Assembly (NCBI GenBank): GCA_040393445.1
Contig: JBEBUB010000001.1
Span: 1-45,421 of the forward strand
Direction of reading: 5' to 3'
Source of the DNA: Flavobacterium beibuense
Lineage (GTDB): Bacteria > Bacteroidota > Bacteroidia > Flavobacteriales > Flavobacteriaceae
DNA length: 45,421 nucleotides
In this document: one piece after another, positions 9,337 through 19,826 of the stretch
Position numbering within the stretch: the stretch's first letter is position 1
How the letters are laid out: every line of letters starts with the position of its first letter
Program-made: the position numbers and the translations under genes
Notes under the pieces: generated by a model
What the model saw: the letters and a program-made list of their open reading frames with translations, nothing else
What the model was told of the DNA's origin: nothing
The model's database searches: none

Positions 9337-11541
9337 ATGAATCTTATTATAGCGTTTATGAAAAGGAATTATAAAGCGTTAGTGCTTGTAGGGGTTTTTG
9401 CCTTGGCACTATGGGGTTTTATGCCCAAACCCGAGAAATTTGACGGAGCTTCAGATAAGGATAAATTGCTCTTGCAGCTTGTAACAATGGTGTTGGAAAA
9501 TGCTCATTATCACCCTCAAGATATAGATGATGAATTTTCGAAAAAACTCTATAAGTCTTTTTTGGAAGAAATAGACGCTAACAAGCGTTTCTTTTTGCAA
9601 TCAGATATCGAAGAATTTTCGAAATATGAACTGTTGTTGGATGACCAAATTAAAGGTCAAGATATTACGTTTTTCAATCTTGTGAACACTCGTTTTTTAG
9701 AGCGTTTAGAAGAGGCTAAAGGTTATACGACAGAAATCCTGCAATCTCCATTTAACTATTCTGAAGAAGAATATTTTAATTTGGATTATGAGAAACAACC
9801 GTATGCAAAAGACAAAAAAGAACTGAAAGAAAAATGGAGAAAGCAATTGAAGCTTTCGGTTTTGTCTAAAATCCATACGGAGTTACAAACTCAAAACGGA
9901 GAAACTACTTCAGATGATGAGTTTGGAAATGAAGAATCAGAAGAAATTGCTACTCCTAAAAAGTCTAAAGAACCCATAACAATCAAAACTTTTGAAGAAT
10001 TAGAAGTTGAAAAAAGAGAGAGCGAGCTCAAAACGTTCAATGATTTTTTCAGTTTTATGGAAGATTTGACCAGAACTGAGTGGTTCTCGATGTATGTAAA
10101 TGCAATTACAGAACAGTTTGACCCACATACAAACTATATGGCTCCTCAGGATAAAAAAGATTTTGATGCAGGTTTGGCCGGAAAGTTTGAAGGAATCGGA
10201 GCAAGATTACAGAAAAAAGGTGATGTTATTGAAGTGAGCGAACTTATCTCCGGTGGTCCTGCTTGGAGAGAAGGCGTTTTGGAAGCTGGAGATTTAATCC
10301 TGAAAGTAGCTCAAGAAAAAGAAGAACCTGTTGATATTTCAGGTATGCGATTAGATAATGTGGTAAAACTCATCAAAGGAAAAAAAGGAACTAAAGTTAT
10401 TCTTACCGTAAAACGTGTTGATGGTTCTATACTGGAAATTCCGATTACTCGTGATGTGGTTGAAATGGAAGAATCGTATGTTCGCTCAGCTATTGTTGAT
10501 AAAGACGGCGAGAAATTCGGAGTAATCTATTTACCCCAGTTCTATTTTGATATTAATGACAATAAAAGTCGTGATGCAGCCAAAGATATGGCTCTTGAAA
10601 TCGAACGTTTGAAAAAAGAAAACATCGAAGGTTTAATCGTTGACCTTAGAGGAAATGGAGGAGGATCGTTAAGAACAGCCATTGATATTTCAGGACTTTT
10701 TATTGAAAAAGGACCTGTTGTTCAAGTGAAAGACGGAGGCGGAAAAATCGAAGTGCATCAGGATAGAAATTCTTCAGTAATGTGGGACGGGCCTTTGGTG
10801 ATTATGGTGAATAATTTCTCGGCTTCGGCTTCTGAGATTTTTGCAGCAGCTATGCAAGATTACAAAAGAGGAATCATAGTAGGAAGCAAGCATACATACG
10901 GAAAAGGAACTGTTCAGAATTTTGTAGATTTAAACCGATTTGTTAGAAATACAGAAGATGATTTTGGAGCCGTAAAAATCACTATCCAGAAATATTACCG
11001 TATTGATGGAGGTTCGACTCAGCTTGAAGGAGTGAAAAGTGATGTGGTGCTTCCGGATAGATATTCGTATGTGGATATAGGTGAAAAAGACCAAAAAAAT
11101 GCAATGGTTTGGGATAAAATCAACTCTGCATCTTATTCGCCATATAATACAGGAGTAAATTTTGATTTACTTTTGGCTAATAGCAGACAAAGGGTTGCTC
11201 AGAACGAGCAGTTTAATTTGATTGATCGCAATGCAAAATGGATTGATGAGCAAAGAAATAAATATGACTACAGTCTAAATTACGAGAAATTCAAAGCTGC
11301 AGAAGAGCAAACCGAGAAAGAACGTAAGGCTTTTGATGCTTTGAAAAAATATAAAAATGATTTGAAGTTTGCTTCACTTCCTTATGAGAAAGAGATGATG
11401 AAAAACGATTCAGCTTTGGCGAAAAAACGTGAAAGATGGCATACAAATCTATCGAAAGATGTGTATGTAGAAGAATCATTGAACATCCTTTCTGATTGGT
11501 CTGAAATCCGAAACAAAACGATTGTTAGAACAAAAAACTAA
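9337..11541 (+). CDS. prc: carboxy-terminal processing protease (S41, Prc/Tsp)
   Basis: DPHTNY, PDZ (GIGA), DLRGNGGG, catalytic SASASEI and GKGTVQ. Start is 9337 or 9358. Confidence 0.92.
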   Translation: MNLIIAFMKRNYKALVLVGVFALALWGFMPKPEKFDGASDKDKLLLQLVTMVLENAHYHPQDIDDEFSKKLYKSFLEEIDANKRFFLQSDIEEFSKYELLLDDQIKGQDITFFNLVNTRFLERLEEAKGYTTEILQSPFNYSEEEYFNLDYEKQPYAKDKKELKEKWRKQLKLSVLSKIHTELQTQNGETTSDDEFGNEESEEIATPKKSKEPITIKTFEELEVEKRESELKTFNDFFSFMEDLTRTEWFSMYVNAITEQFDPHTNYMAPQDKKDFDAGLAGKFEGIGARLQKKGDVIEVSELISGGPAWREGVLEAGDLILKVAQEKEEPVDISGMRLDNVVKLIKGKKGTKVILTVKRVDGSILEIPITRDVVEMEESYVRSAIVDKDGEKFGVIYLPQFYFDINDNKSRDAAKDMALEIERLKKENIEGLIVDLRGNGGGSLRTAIDISGLFIEKGPVVQVKDGGGKIEVHQDRNSSVMWDGPLVIMVNNFSASASEIFAAAMQDYKRGIIVGSKHTYGKGTVQNFVDLNRFVRNTEDDFGAVKITIQKYYRIDGGSTQLEGVKSDVVLPDRYSYVDIGEKDQKNAMVWDKINSASYSPYNTGVNFDLLLANSRQRVAQNEQFNLIDRNAKWIDEQRNKYDYSLNYEKFKAAEEQTEKERKAFDALKKYKNDLKFASLPYEKEMMKNDSALAKKRERWHTNLSKDVYVEESLNILSDWSEIRNKTIVRTKN

Positions 11542-11557
11542 ATATTAAAAAAACAAG

Positions 11558-11607
11558 AAGTAAAGAGGTTTAATAACGTGTGTCGTAATTAAACTTCTTT
11601 GCTTTTT
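11558..11607 (+). terminator. long hairpin / probable terminator after prc
   Basis: 17-bp stem AAGTAAAGAGGTTTAAT / ATTAAACTTCTTTGCTT with 2 G-U pairs, followed by a T run. Confidence 0.6.
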
Positions 11608-11622
11608 AATTACTGCCACCTA

Positions 11623-12804
11623 ATGAATTTCCCATTCTACATCGCTAAAAGATATGTTTTCAGCAAGAGTAAAAGCTCTGCTATTAACATCATAACCGGA
11701 ATTACTGCTGTTGGTATTTTGGTGGGTGCAATGGTGATGTTTGTGGTGCTTTCTGTTTTTAGCGGACTTAGAGAGTTCAGCCTTTCGTTTATCAATGATT
11801 TCGATCCGGATTTAAAACTTGTGGTGACTGAAGGGAAAACCATGACTTTTGATGCGGAGCAAGAGAAAAGACTTCAGCAAATTGAAGGAATTGCATATTA
11901 CAGTAAAATCATTGAAGAAAGAGTTTTACTTCGATATGATTCTAAAGAGCATATTGCTTATATCAAAGGAGTGGATAGTAGTTTTGTTTGGGTAAATCCT
12001 GTAGAAGACCATGTGTATTTTGGACAATGGGCCGTGGAGGCAGACCAAGTTGCTGTAGGGTATAAAATAGCTCACAAGCTGTCTATAGGCATTTTTGATT
12101 ATGAGAATGAAATGCAACTTTTGGTTCCAAAACCAGGAAAAGGTTCTATTTCTCAAGACGATTTCAATAAGATGTCCGTTCGACCTTTAGGGATTTATTC
12201 TTTTGAAGACGAAGATTTGGATGCTCGTTATGTTTTTGCGACTCTGCCATTGGTTCAAACCCTATTGGATTTAGACGAAAATCAAGTATCAGGAATCGAA
12301 ATTCGACTCAAAGAAGGAGCTTCAGAAAGTCATATAAAATCTGAATTGGCGAAAATTTTCCCGACAGGAGTGAGCGTCAAAAACCGAACAGAACTCAACG
12401 ATGCGCTTCACAAAATGCTCAATACAGAAAATTTTGTGGTTTATCTGGTGGTGACATTGGTTATAATTATTACGCTTTTTACCCTTATCGGAACCATAAT
12501 TATGATGATTATCGATAAGAAGCATCATCTGAAAACCCTTGCTAATCTTGGGCTAGATGCCAAAGGATTAAAAAGAATCTTCCTCTATCAAGGTACTTTG
12601 CTGAGCTTTTTTGGGTGTATGATAGGACTTAGTCTGGGTATTGTTGTTGTGCTTTTACAACAGCAATTCAGTTTCTGGATGCTTACCTCTACACTGGCTT
12701 ATCCTGTGAAATTTACTTTCCAAAACGTGATTATTGTTTTTGCAACAATCATGTTTTTGAGTTTTTTAGCATCAAAAATTGCTTCTAGAAAAGCAGATGC
12801 ATAA
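11623..12804 (+). CDS. LolC/LolE-type (MacB/FtsX) ABC transporter permease
   Basis: FYIAKRY..I....GI....LSVFSG N-terminus, large periplasmic domain and three C-terminal TMs; start moved to ATG 11623. Confidence 0.85.
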   Translation: MNFPFYIAKRYVFSKSKSSAINIITGITAVGILVGAMVMFVVLSVFSGLREFSLSFINDFDPDLKLVVTEGKTMTFDAEQEKRLQQIEGIAYYSKIIEERVLLRYDSKEHIAYIKGVDSSFVWVNPVEDHVYFGQWAVEADQVAVGYKIAHKLSIGIFDYENEMQLLVPKPGKGSISQDDFNKMSVRPLGIYSFEDEDLDARYVFATLPLVQTLLDLDENQVSGIEIRLKEGASESHIKSELAKIFPTGVSVKNRTELNDALHKMLNTENFVVYLVVTLVIIITLFTLIGTIIMMIIDKKHHLKTLANLGLDAKGLKRIFLYQGTLLSFFGCMIGLSLGIVVVLLQQQFSFWMLTSTLAYPVKFTFQNVIIVFATIMFLSFLASKIASRKADA

Positions 12805-12858
12805 GGTTGTCTTTGTGTCAAACCTTACTTTCTTCTTAGATAACTGACAAACTAAAGC

Positions 12859-13248
12859 TTACCTAGAAGGTTTTACTACCAAAGCATCAGGATATTTTGT
12901 CAGTATTTCTTGACGATTTCTGTCAGCTTCAATTTTGGTTTTGAAGTTTCCGACCTGAACTTTATAGTTCGGAGAGCTGAAAATAATGGTAGCATCAAGA
13001 GAAGGGAAATTTTTCTGAAAATCTGCCAATACTTTTCTGGCATTCTGAATATCTCCGTAGAAAATCTGAATTTTATATCGGTCGTTGGCAGTAATAGAAG
13101 AATTAATCTTTCTTTTTTCCTCTAAAAGCTGCTCAAACTTTGGATCCTGATTCACGGAAACCCCAGTATTTTGAGCCCATAAATTATTGTTGTTGAGTAT
13201 AAAAACAAAAACTCCGGCAAGAGTGATTTTTGTAAGGGAAATTTTCAT
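12859..13248 (-). CDS. SPOR domain-containing protein
   Basis: Signal peptide, YKIQIF and PNYKVQVGNF..EA motifs. Confidence 0.8.
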   Translation of the reverse strand: MKISLTKITLAGVFVFILNNNNLWAQNTGVSVNQDPKFEQLLEEKRKINSSITANDRYKIQIFYGDIQNARKVLADFQKNFPSLDATIIFSSPNYKVQVGNFKTKIEADRNRQEILTKYPDALVVKPSR

Positions 13249-13306
13249 AACAAATTATCTTTTAGGTAAATGTAGTACTTTATATTAAACTTAATATTCT
13301 TGACTT

Positions 13307-13325
13307 ATTTAGAATGCTTATAAAT
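13307..13325. promoter_or_regulatory. Fur-box-like imperfect palindrome
   Basis: ATTTAGAATGCTTATAAAT matches 16/19 positions of ATTTAGAATTATTCTAAAT, the Flavobacteriales Fur consensus as I recall it. Confidence 0.45.
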
Positions 13326-13349
13326 TAACCACTATAAGTCGTTTTGGGC

Positions 13350-13379
13350 TTTGAGAATATTCTTTATATTGTATTTTTG
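13350..13379 (+). promoter_or_regulatory. promoter of the act-cox operon
   Basis: TTTG (13350-53) - 18 nt - TATTTTTG (13372-79). Confidence 0.65.
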
Positions 13380-13473
13380 TGCAGATTTTTTGGTCAAGGG
13401 AGATTATTTAGTCTTTCTTGAGATTTAGGGATAGAAAAAATTATGCCAAATATAAACGATAATCGTTTTTAGT

Positions 13474-14751
13474 ATGAAAAAAGTGGGAAACCATAGCTCT
13501 GTTTCGAGAATTTTCTTATTGAGCTTATTCTTCGTATTTAGTGCTTTTGTAACTCTTTATGCTCAGGATGGGGATCCGGCAAAAGGTAAAGCATTGTTTA
13601 ATTCAAATTGTGCTGCTTGTCACCATCTAGACAAGCCAATGACAGGTCCTTCTCTTAGAGGGGTGACAGATAGGCTTGATAGAGATTGGTTACATAAGTG
13701 GATTCACAACAGCTCAGAAGTTATTAAATCTGGAGATGCTTATGCAAACAAAATTTTCGCAGAGTATAAAGGTTCAGTAATGACTCCTTTTCCTCATCTT
13801 TCAGATGCGGATATTGACGATATTTTAGCTTATACGGCTCAACCTAAAGAAGAGGCTGTTGTTGATGGCGGTGGAGCTATTACTGGCGGAAATGTGAAAG
13901 CTGATAATTCTTCAAACGAACTTGTTCTTGGAGTGCTTATCGTGGTGCTTTTGGTTCTTGTGACTATGCTTTATATGGTTAACAAAGGGCTTAAAAACAT
14001 TGCTCAAGCAAAAGGTGTAGAGTTGATTGAAGAGAAGAAAGGACCATCACTATGGCAAGCGTTTGTTAAAAACCAGTTCTTGGTTTTAGTATCCGTTATC
14101 TTCTTGCTTCTTGCAAGTGCTTATTTCGGTTACGGATATTTCATGCAAGTTGGTGTTGATAAAGGATATCAACCGGTTCAGCCAATTCACTATTCACATA
14201 AAATCCATGCTGGTGATAACGGTATTGATTGTAAATTCTGTCACTCTTCAGCTAGAACTAGTAAAACAGCTGGTATTCCATCTTTGAATGTGTGTATGAA
14301 CTGTCACGAAAACATCTCTGATTATAACGGAGAAGAAGATTTGGCAAACGGTCATACAAAAGCATTCTATACGGCTGAAATTCAAAAGTTATATGAAGCT
14401 GTGGGTTGGGATCCTACATCTAGAACGTATTCAAAACCTCAGAAACCTGTTAAGTGGGTTCGTATTCATAACCTACCTGATTTCGTGTATTTCAATCACT
14501 CACAACACGTTTCAGTTGCTGGTCTTGAGTGTCAAACATGTCACGGGCCTGTTGAAACTATGGAAGTGTTAGAACAACATGCAGATCTTACTATGGGATG
14601 GTGTGTTGACTGTCACAGAGCTACCAATGTGAAAATGGAAGGCAACGAATACTACGAAAAAATACACCAAGAACTTTCTAAGAAATATGGGGTTGATAAA
14701 CTTACCGTGGCTCAAATGGGAGGTTTAGAGTGTGGAAAATGTCATTACTAA
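13474..14751 (+). CDS. actA: alternative complex III subunit A (monoheme + pentaheme cytochrome c)
   Basis: Six CxxCH motifs: CAACH, then two TMs, then CKFCH, CMNCH, CQTCH, CVDCH and CGKCH. Confidence 0.92.
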   Translation: MKKVGNHSSVSRIFLLSLFFVFSAFVTLYAQDGDPAKGKALFNSNCAACHHLDKPMTGPSLRGVTDRLDRDWLHKWIHNSSEVIKSGDAYANKIFAEYKGSVMTPFPHLSDADIDDILAYTAQPKEEAVVDGGGAITGGNVKADNSSNELVLGVLIVVLLVLVTMLYMVNKGLKNIAQAKGVELIEEKKGPSLWQAFVKNQFLVLVSVIFLLLASAYFGYGYFMQVGVDKGYQPVQPIHYSHKIHAGDNGIDCKFCHSSARTSKTAGIPSLNVCMNCHENISDYNGEEDLANGHTKAFYTAEIQKLYEAVGWDPTSRTYSKPQKPVKWVRIHNLPDFVYFNHSQHVSVAGLECQTCHGPVETMEVLEQHADLTMGWCVDCHRATNVKMEGNEYYEKIHQELSKKYGVDKLTVAQMGGLECGKCHY

Positions 14752-14778
14752 TCAAGAAGCTAAATATATCATTATAAT

Positions 14779-17700
14779 ATGTCATCAAACAAAAAATACT
14801 GGAAAAGTGTTGAGGAGCTAAACGAAAGCAGCTCTATTGTTGAGACGCTTAGAAATAACGAGTTTGTTGAAGAAATTCCTACAGATGAATTTCTTGGAGA
14901 TAAAGAAACACTTGCTGCTTCTTCTACAACAAGACGTGATTTTTTGAAATACGTTGGATTCACTACAGCAGCAGCATCTCTTGCTGCTTGTGAAGGTCCT
15001 GTAGTAAAGTCAATTCCTTATGTAGTACAACCGGAGGAAATTATTCCGGGTGTAGCAGATTACTATGCTACTACTATGGCAGACGGTTTTGATTTTGCCA
15101 ATATACTTATTAAGACTAGAGAAGGTCGTCCTATCAAAGTAGAGAACAACAATTTGCCGGATTCTAAAATCTCTGCAAATGCTCGTGTTCATGCTTCGGT
15201 ATTGTCAATGTATGACAGCTCTCGTCTGAAAAATCCAAAAATTGATGGAACAGATGCTTCTTGGGCTGATGTGAATGCTAAAGTAAAACAATCTTTGGCA
15301 GATGCTCAAGCTACAGGAGGTCAAATCGTTCTTCTTACAGGAACTATGGCGAGTCCGTCAACTGATAAATTGATTGCTGAATTTACAGCTAAATATCCGA
15401 CTGCAAAACACGTTGTGTATGATGCAGTTTCTTGTTCTGATGCTCTAGATGCTTTCGAACAAGTTTACGGAGAAAGAGCTTTGGCAGAATATGATTTTTC
15501 TAAAGCTGATGTAGTTGTTTCTGTTGGTGCTGACATTCTTGGCGATTGGCAAGGTGGCGGTTATGACACAGGATATGCTCAAAAACGTATTCCGAAAAAC
15601 GGTAAGATGTCTAAACACTTCCAGTTTGAGGCAAATATGAGTTTAGCTGGGGCTAATGCTGACAAGCGTTACCCAATGACTGTAGCACAACAAAAATTAG
15701 CTATTGCTAAAATCTTCTCGATTGTTACCGGAAATGCGATTACAGTTTCTGGTCTTCAAAACGAAGAAGCAGTAGTAAACGCTGCAAACCAACTTAAAAA
15801 AGCAGGAAGCAAAGGAGTTTTTGCAACCGGATTAGAAGATAAAAATGCTCAAGTTTTAGCTTTAGCTATCAACGAGGCACTTCAAAGTGAGGCATTCGAT
15901 GCTAATAAAACAAGACAAATCCGTAAAGGAGATACTAAAGCTGTAAGCCAACTTCTTGCAGACCTAAAAGCTGGTCAAGTTCACACTTTGATTATGAATG
16001 GAGTAAATCCTGTTTACTCTCTTCCTAACGGAGACGAATTTGCAGAAGGACTTAAAAAAGCGAAACTTTCAGTTGCTTTCTCTTTGAAAGAAGACGAAAC
16101 TGCAACACAAACTAATATTGCTGTAGCACTTCCTCACTATTTAGAATCTTGGGGAGATGTGAATATCGTAAAAGGTCATTATAGCATCATGCAACCGACT
16201 ATCCGTCCTTTGTTTGATTCTAAACAATTCCAAGAAGCTCTACTTGCTTGGACAGAAAATGAAACTTCTTACTACGATTATTTGAAAAACTTCTGGTCAA
16301 CGTCAATCCTTTCAGGAAAAACTTGGAACAAAGCAGTTCACGACGGTCTTTTCGTAACAGAAGTTTCTTCTACAAATACAGCAAACCTTAACGTAACTGA
16401 AGCAGCTATTGCTTTGACTCAATCTCAACCGTCAAACGGATTTGAGCTTATCCTATACACAAAAGTAGGAATGGGAGACGGGCAACAAGCAAATAACCCA
16501 TGGTTGCAAGAATTCCCGGACCCGATTACTCGTGTGTCTTGGGACAACTATGCTACGATGAATCGTGTAGATGCTGAAGAGCTAGGAGTTAAAAACCGCA
16601 ATGTGGCAAACGGAGCTCTTGATGGGCACTATATCACTATTGAGGTTGGAGGAACAATACTAGAAAGCGTTCCTGTAATTATTCAACCGGGTCAAGCAAA
16701 AGGTACTATCGGACTTGCTTTAGGATACGGAAGAAAAGCAGGATTAAAAACTGAAATGCAAGTTGGTGTAAATGCTTATACGCTTTACAAAAACTTTAAA
16801 GATACTCAAGTAGCTACAGTTAGCAAAGATAACAGCGGATGGCATGAATTTGCTTGTGTGCAGTTACACAGAACGCTAATGGGTAGAGGTGATATCGTTA
16901 AAGAAACTACTTTGGTAGATTTCAACGAAAAAGATGCTAAAGAGTGGAACCCGGTTCCGATGGTTTCTTTAGATCACAAACCTATCGAGGCTTCTAAAGT
17001 TGATATTTGGGAATCATTCGACAGAAGTGTAGGTCATCATTTCAAATTATCTATTGATTTGAATGCTTGTACAGGATGTGGAGCTTGTGTGATTGCTTGT
17101 CATGCAGAGAACAACGTTCCTGTGGTAGGTAAATCAGAGGTAAGACGTTCTCGTGATATGCACTGGTTGAGAATCGACAGATATTATTCTTCTGAAGAGA
17201 CATTTGCAGAAGATACAGATAAAAAAGACTCTTTCAGCGGATTGTTCGGAGACAATGGTTCTCTTGGAGGATTTGGTCAAATGGAACATCCGAATGATAC
17301 ACCACAGGTTGTTTTCCAACCGGTAATGTGTCAGCACTGTAACCACGCTCCTTGTGAAACAGTTTGTCCGGTTGCGGCAACTTCACACGGTCGTCAAGGT
17401 CAAAACCACATGGCTTATAACCGTTGTGTAGGAACTCGTTATTGTGCAAACAACTGTCCTTATAAAGTAAGAAGATTCAACTGGTTCTTATATAGCAAAA
17501 ACTCAGAATTTGATTATCACATGAATGACGATTTAGGACGTATGGTTCTTAATCCAGATGTAGTAGTTCGTTCTCGTGGAGTTATGGAGAAATGTTCGAT
17601 GTGTATTCAAATGACACAATCGACTATCTTGAAAGCAAAACGTGAGGGTCGTTCTGTGAATTCAGATGAGTTTGAAGTAGCTTGTTCTGCAGCTTGTGGA

Positions 17701-17844
17701 AGTGGCGCTATGGTCTTCGGTGATGTAAATGACAAAGAAAGTCATGTTGCAAAACTTCAAGAGGATGAAAGAATGTATCATTTGTTAGAGCATGTGGGAA
17801 CAAAACCAAATGTGTTCTATCATGTGAAAGTAAGAAACGTATAA
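14779..17844 (+). CDS. actB: alternative complex III subunit B (molybdopterin-oxidoreductase-like + Fe-S domain, Tat lipoprotein)
   Basis: YWKS N-terminus, TRRDFLK Tat motif, LAAC lipobox; Fe-S motifs CTGCGAC, CQHCNHAPC, CVGTRYC and CSMC. Confidence 0.93.
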   Translation: MSSNKKYWKSVEELNESSSIVETLRNNEFVEEIPTDEFLGDKETLAASSTTRRDFLKYVGFTTAAASLAACEGPVVKSIPYVVQPEEIIPGVADYYATTMADGFDFANILIKTREGRPIKVENNNLPDSKISANARVHASVLSMYDSSRLKNPKIDGTDASWADVNAKVKQSLADAQATGGQIVLLTGTMASPSTDKLIAEFTAKYPTAKHVVYDAVSCSDALDAFEQVYGERALAEYDFSKADVVVSVGADILGDWQGGGYDTGYAQKRIPKNGKMSKHFQFEANMSLAGANADKRYPMTVAQQKLAIAKIFSIVTGNAITVSGLQNEEAVVNAANQLKKAGSKGVFATGLEDKNAQVLALAINEALQSEAFDANKTRQIRKGDTKAVSQLLADLKAGQVHTLIMNGVNPVYSLPNGDEFAEGLKKAKLSVAFSLKEDETATQTNIAVALPHYLESWGDVNIVKGHYSIMQPTIRPLFDSKQFQEALLAWTENETSYYDYLKNFWSTSILSGKTWNKAVHDGLFVTEVSSTNTANLNVTEAAIALTQSQPSNGFELILYTKVGMGDGQQANNPWLQEFPDPITRVSWDNYATMNRVDAEELGVKNRNVANGALDGHYITIEVGGTILESVPVIIQPGQAKGTIGLALGYGRKAGLKTEMQVGVNAYTLYKNFKDTQVATVSKDNSGWHEFACVQLHRTLMGRGDIVKETTLVDFNEKDAKEWNPVPMVSLDHKPIEASKVDIWESFDRSVGHHFKLSIDLNACTGCGACVIACHAENNVPVVGKSEVRRSRDMHWLRIDRYYSSEETFAEDTDKKDSFSGLFGDNGSLGGFGQMEHPNDTPQVVFQPVMCQHCNHAPCETVCPVAATSHGRQGQNHMAYNRCVGTRYCANNCPYKVRRFNWFLYSKNSEFDYHMNDDLGRMVLNPDVVVRSRGVMEKCSMCIQMTQSTILKAKREGRSVNSDEFEVACSAACGSGAMVFGDVNDKESHVAKLQEDERMYHLLEHVGTKPNVFYHVKVRNV

Positions 17845-17881
17845 CGGAATAGCAATAATATAGTATATATAAATAAGGATT

Positions 17882-19288
17882 ATGTCTCATTACGAAGCAC
17901 CTATCAGAAAGCCTTTAGTTTTAGGAAATAAAACCTATCACGATGTTACGGTTGATGTAGCTCGTCCGGTAGAGGGCAGAGCCAACAAACAATGGTGGAC
18001 AGTATTTTTAATTGCCTTGGCTGCCTTTTTATGGGGAGTCGGCTCTATGGCCTATACCATTTCCACAGGTATCGGAACTTGGGGATTGAATAAAACCGTA
18101 GGTTGGGCTTGGGATATTACCAACTTCGTATGGTGGGTAGGTATCGGTCACGCTGGTACGCTTATCTCTGCTGTACTTTTATTATTCCGTCAAAAATGGA
18201 GAATGGCGATTAACCGTTCTGCTGAAGCGATGACCATTTTCTCGGTTGTTCAGGCAGGACTTTTCCCGGTTATCCACATGGGACGTCCTTGGTTAGGATA
18301 TTGGGTATTACCTATACCAAACCAATTCGGTTCACTTTGGGTAAACTTCAACTCACCACTACTTTGGGACGTATTTGCGATTTCAACTTATCTTTCTGTA
18401 TCATTGGTGTTCTGGTGGACAGGTCTTTTACCTGACTTCGCAATGCTAAGAGACAGAGCTATCACACCTTTTACTAAAAAAGTATATTCAATCCTTTCTT
18501 TCGGATGGAGTGGTAGAGCCAAAGATTGGCAACGTTTTGAGGAAGTGTCACTAGTTTTGGCTGGTTTGGCAACTCCGCTTGTACTTTCTGTACACACTAT
18601 CGTATCCTTCGACTTTGCTACTTCAGTAATTCCTGGATGGCATACAACAATCTTCCCTCCATACTTCGTTGCTGGAGCGGTTTTCTCAGGATTTGCGATG
18701 GTAAACACGCTTCTTATTATCATGAGAAAAGTATGTAATCTAGAAGACTACATCACGATTCAACATATTGAGTTGATGAATATCATCATCATGATTACAG
18801 GATCTATCGTAGGGGTGGCTTATATTACTGAGTTAGTTATTGCATGGTATTCTGGAGTAGAGTATGAGCAATATGCTTTCTTGAATAGAGCAACAGGACC
18901 TTATGCTTGGGCTTACTGGATGATGATGTCTTGTAACGTATTCTCTCCACAGTTTATGTGGTTCAAAAAATTAAGAACAAGTATTATGTTCTCGTTTGTA
19001 ATCTCTATCGTAGTAAACGTAGGGATGTGGTTCGAGCGTTTCGTAATTATCGTAACTTCATTACACAGAGATTACCTTCCATCATCATGGACAATGTTCC
19101 AACCAACATTTGTTGATATCGGAATTTATATTGGTACAATCGGATTTTTCTTTGTGTTGTTCCTTCTATATTCAAGAAGTTTCCCTGTAATTGCACAAGC
19201 TGAGGTGAAAACTATTTTGAAATCATCAGGAGACAACTACAAAAGAGAAAGAGAGTTAAAAGGAGATCATCATTCACATAATCATTAA
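17882..19288 (+). CDS. actC: alternative complex III subunit C (NrfD/PsrC family quinol-oxidising subunit)
   Basis: WDITNFVWWVGIGHAGT, RSAE, HMGRPW, SPLLWD and SVHTIVS motifs. Confidence 0.93.
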   Translation: MSHYEAPIRKPLVLGNKTYHDVTVDVARPVEGRANKQWWTVFLIALAAFLWGVGSMAYTISTGIGTWGLNKTVGWAWDITNFVWWVGIGHAGTLISAVLLLFRQKWRMAINRSAEAMTIFSVVQAGLFPVIHMGRPWLGYWVLPIPNQFGSLWVNFNSPLLWDVFAISTYLSVSLVFWWTGLLPDFAMLRDRAITPFTKKVYSILSFGWSGRAKDWQRFEEVSLVLAGLATPLVLSVHTIVSFDFATSVIPGWHTTIFPPYFVAGAVFSGFAMVNTLLIIMRKVCNLEDYITIQHIELMNIIIMITGSIVGVAYITELVIAWYSGVEYEQYAFLNRATGPYAWAYWMMMSCNVFSPQFMWFKKLRTSIMFSFVISIVVNVGMWFERFVIIVTSLHRDYLPSSWTMFQPTFVDIGIYIGTIGFFFVLFLLYSRSFPVIAQAEVKTILKSSGDNYKRERELKGDHHSHNH

Positions 19289-19293
19289 TAGAA

Positions 19294-19818
19294 ATGAGCA
19301 ATAAAGTTATTCACGTACTATACAACGATGACGATGTATTGTTAGATGCGGTAAAAGCAACCCGCTCAGCACATCACCATATTGAAGAGATTTATACGCC
19401 TTTCCCTGTTCACGGACTAGACAAGGCTATGGGGCTTGCACCGACAAGAATTGCCATTTGTGCTTTCATTTATGGTATTATTGGTCTTTCTGTTGCTACC
19501 TTGATGATGAACTATATTATGATTGAAGATTGGCCTCAGGATATCGGAGGAAAACCAAGCTTTAGTTATATTCAGAACATGCCTGCTTTTGTGCCTATTA
19601 TGTTTGAGCTTACAGTGTTTTTTGCAGCCCACCTTATGGTACATACTTTTTACCTAAGAAGTAAATTATGGATTGGTAAAAAAGCAGAGAACCCGGATCC
19701 AAGAACAACAGACGACCACTTTTTGATGGAAGTAGCTGTTCACGGAGATGAGCAAGAAATGGTTAGCTTTTTTGAAAGAACAGGAGCAGTAGAAATTAAA
19801 GTAGTTGACAAGCACTAA
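19294..19818 (+). CDS. actD: alternative complex III subunit D (DUF3341)
   Basis: YTPFPVHGLD, IGGKP and PIMFELTV motifs; two TMs; operon position. Confidence 0.9.
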   Translation: MSNKVIHVLYNDDDVLLDAVKATRSAHHHIEEIYTPFPVHGLDKAMGLAPTRIAICAFIYGIIGLSVATLMMNYIMIEDWPQDIGGKPSFSYIQNMPAFVPIMFELTVFFAAHLMVHTFYLRSKLWIGKKAENPDPRTTDDHFLMEVAVHGDEQEMVSFFERTGAVEIKVVDKH

Positions 19819-19826
19819 TTTTAAAT

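Noticed and set aside
14779-17844. ActB as an active molybdoenzyme
   Set aside because: ACIII ActB is known to lack Moco, and the operon context identifies it as ActB.
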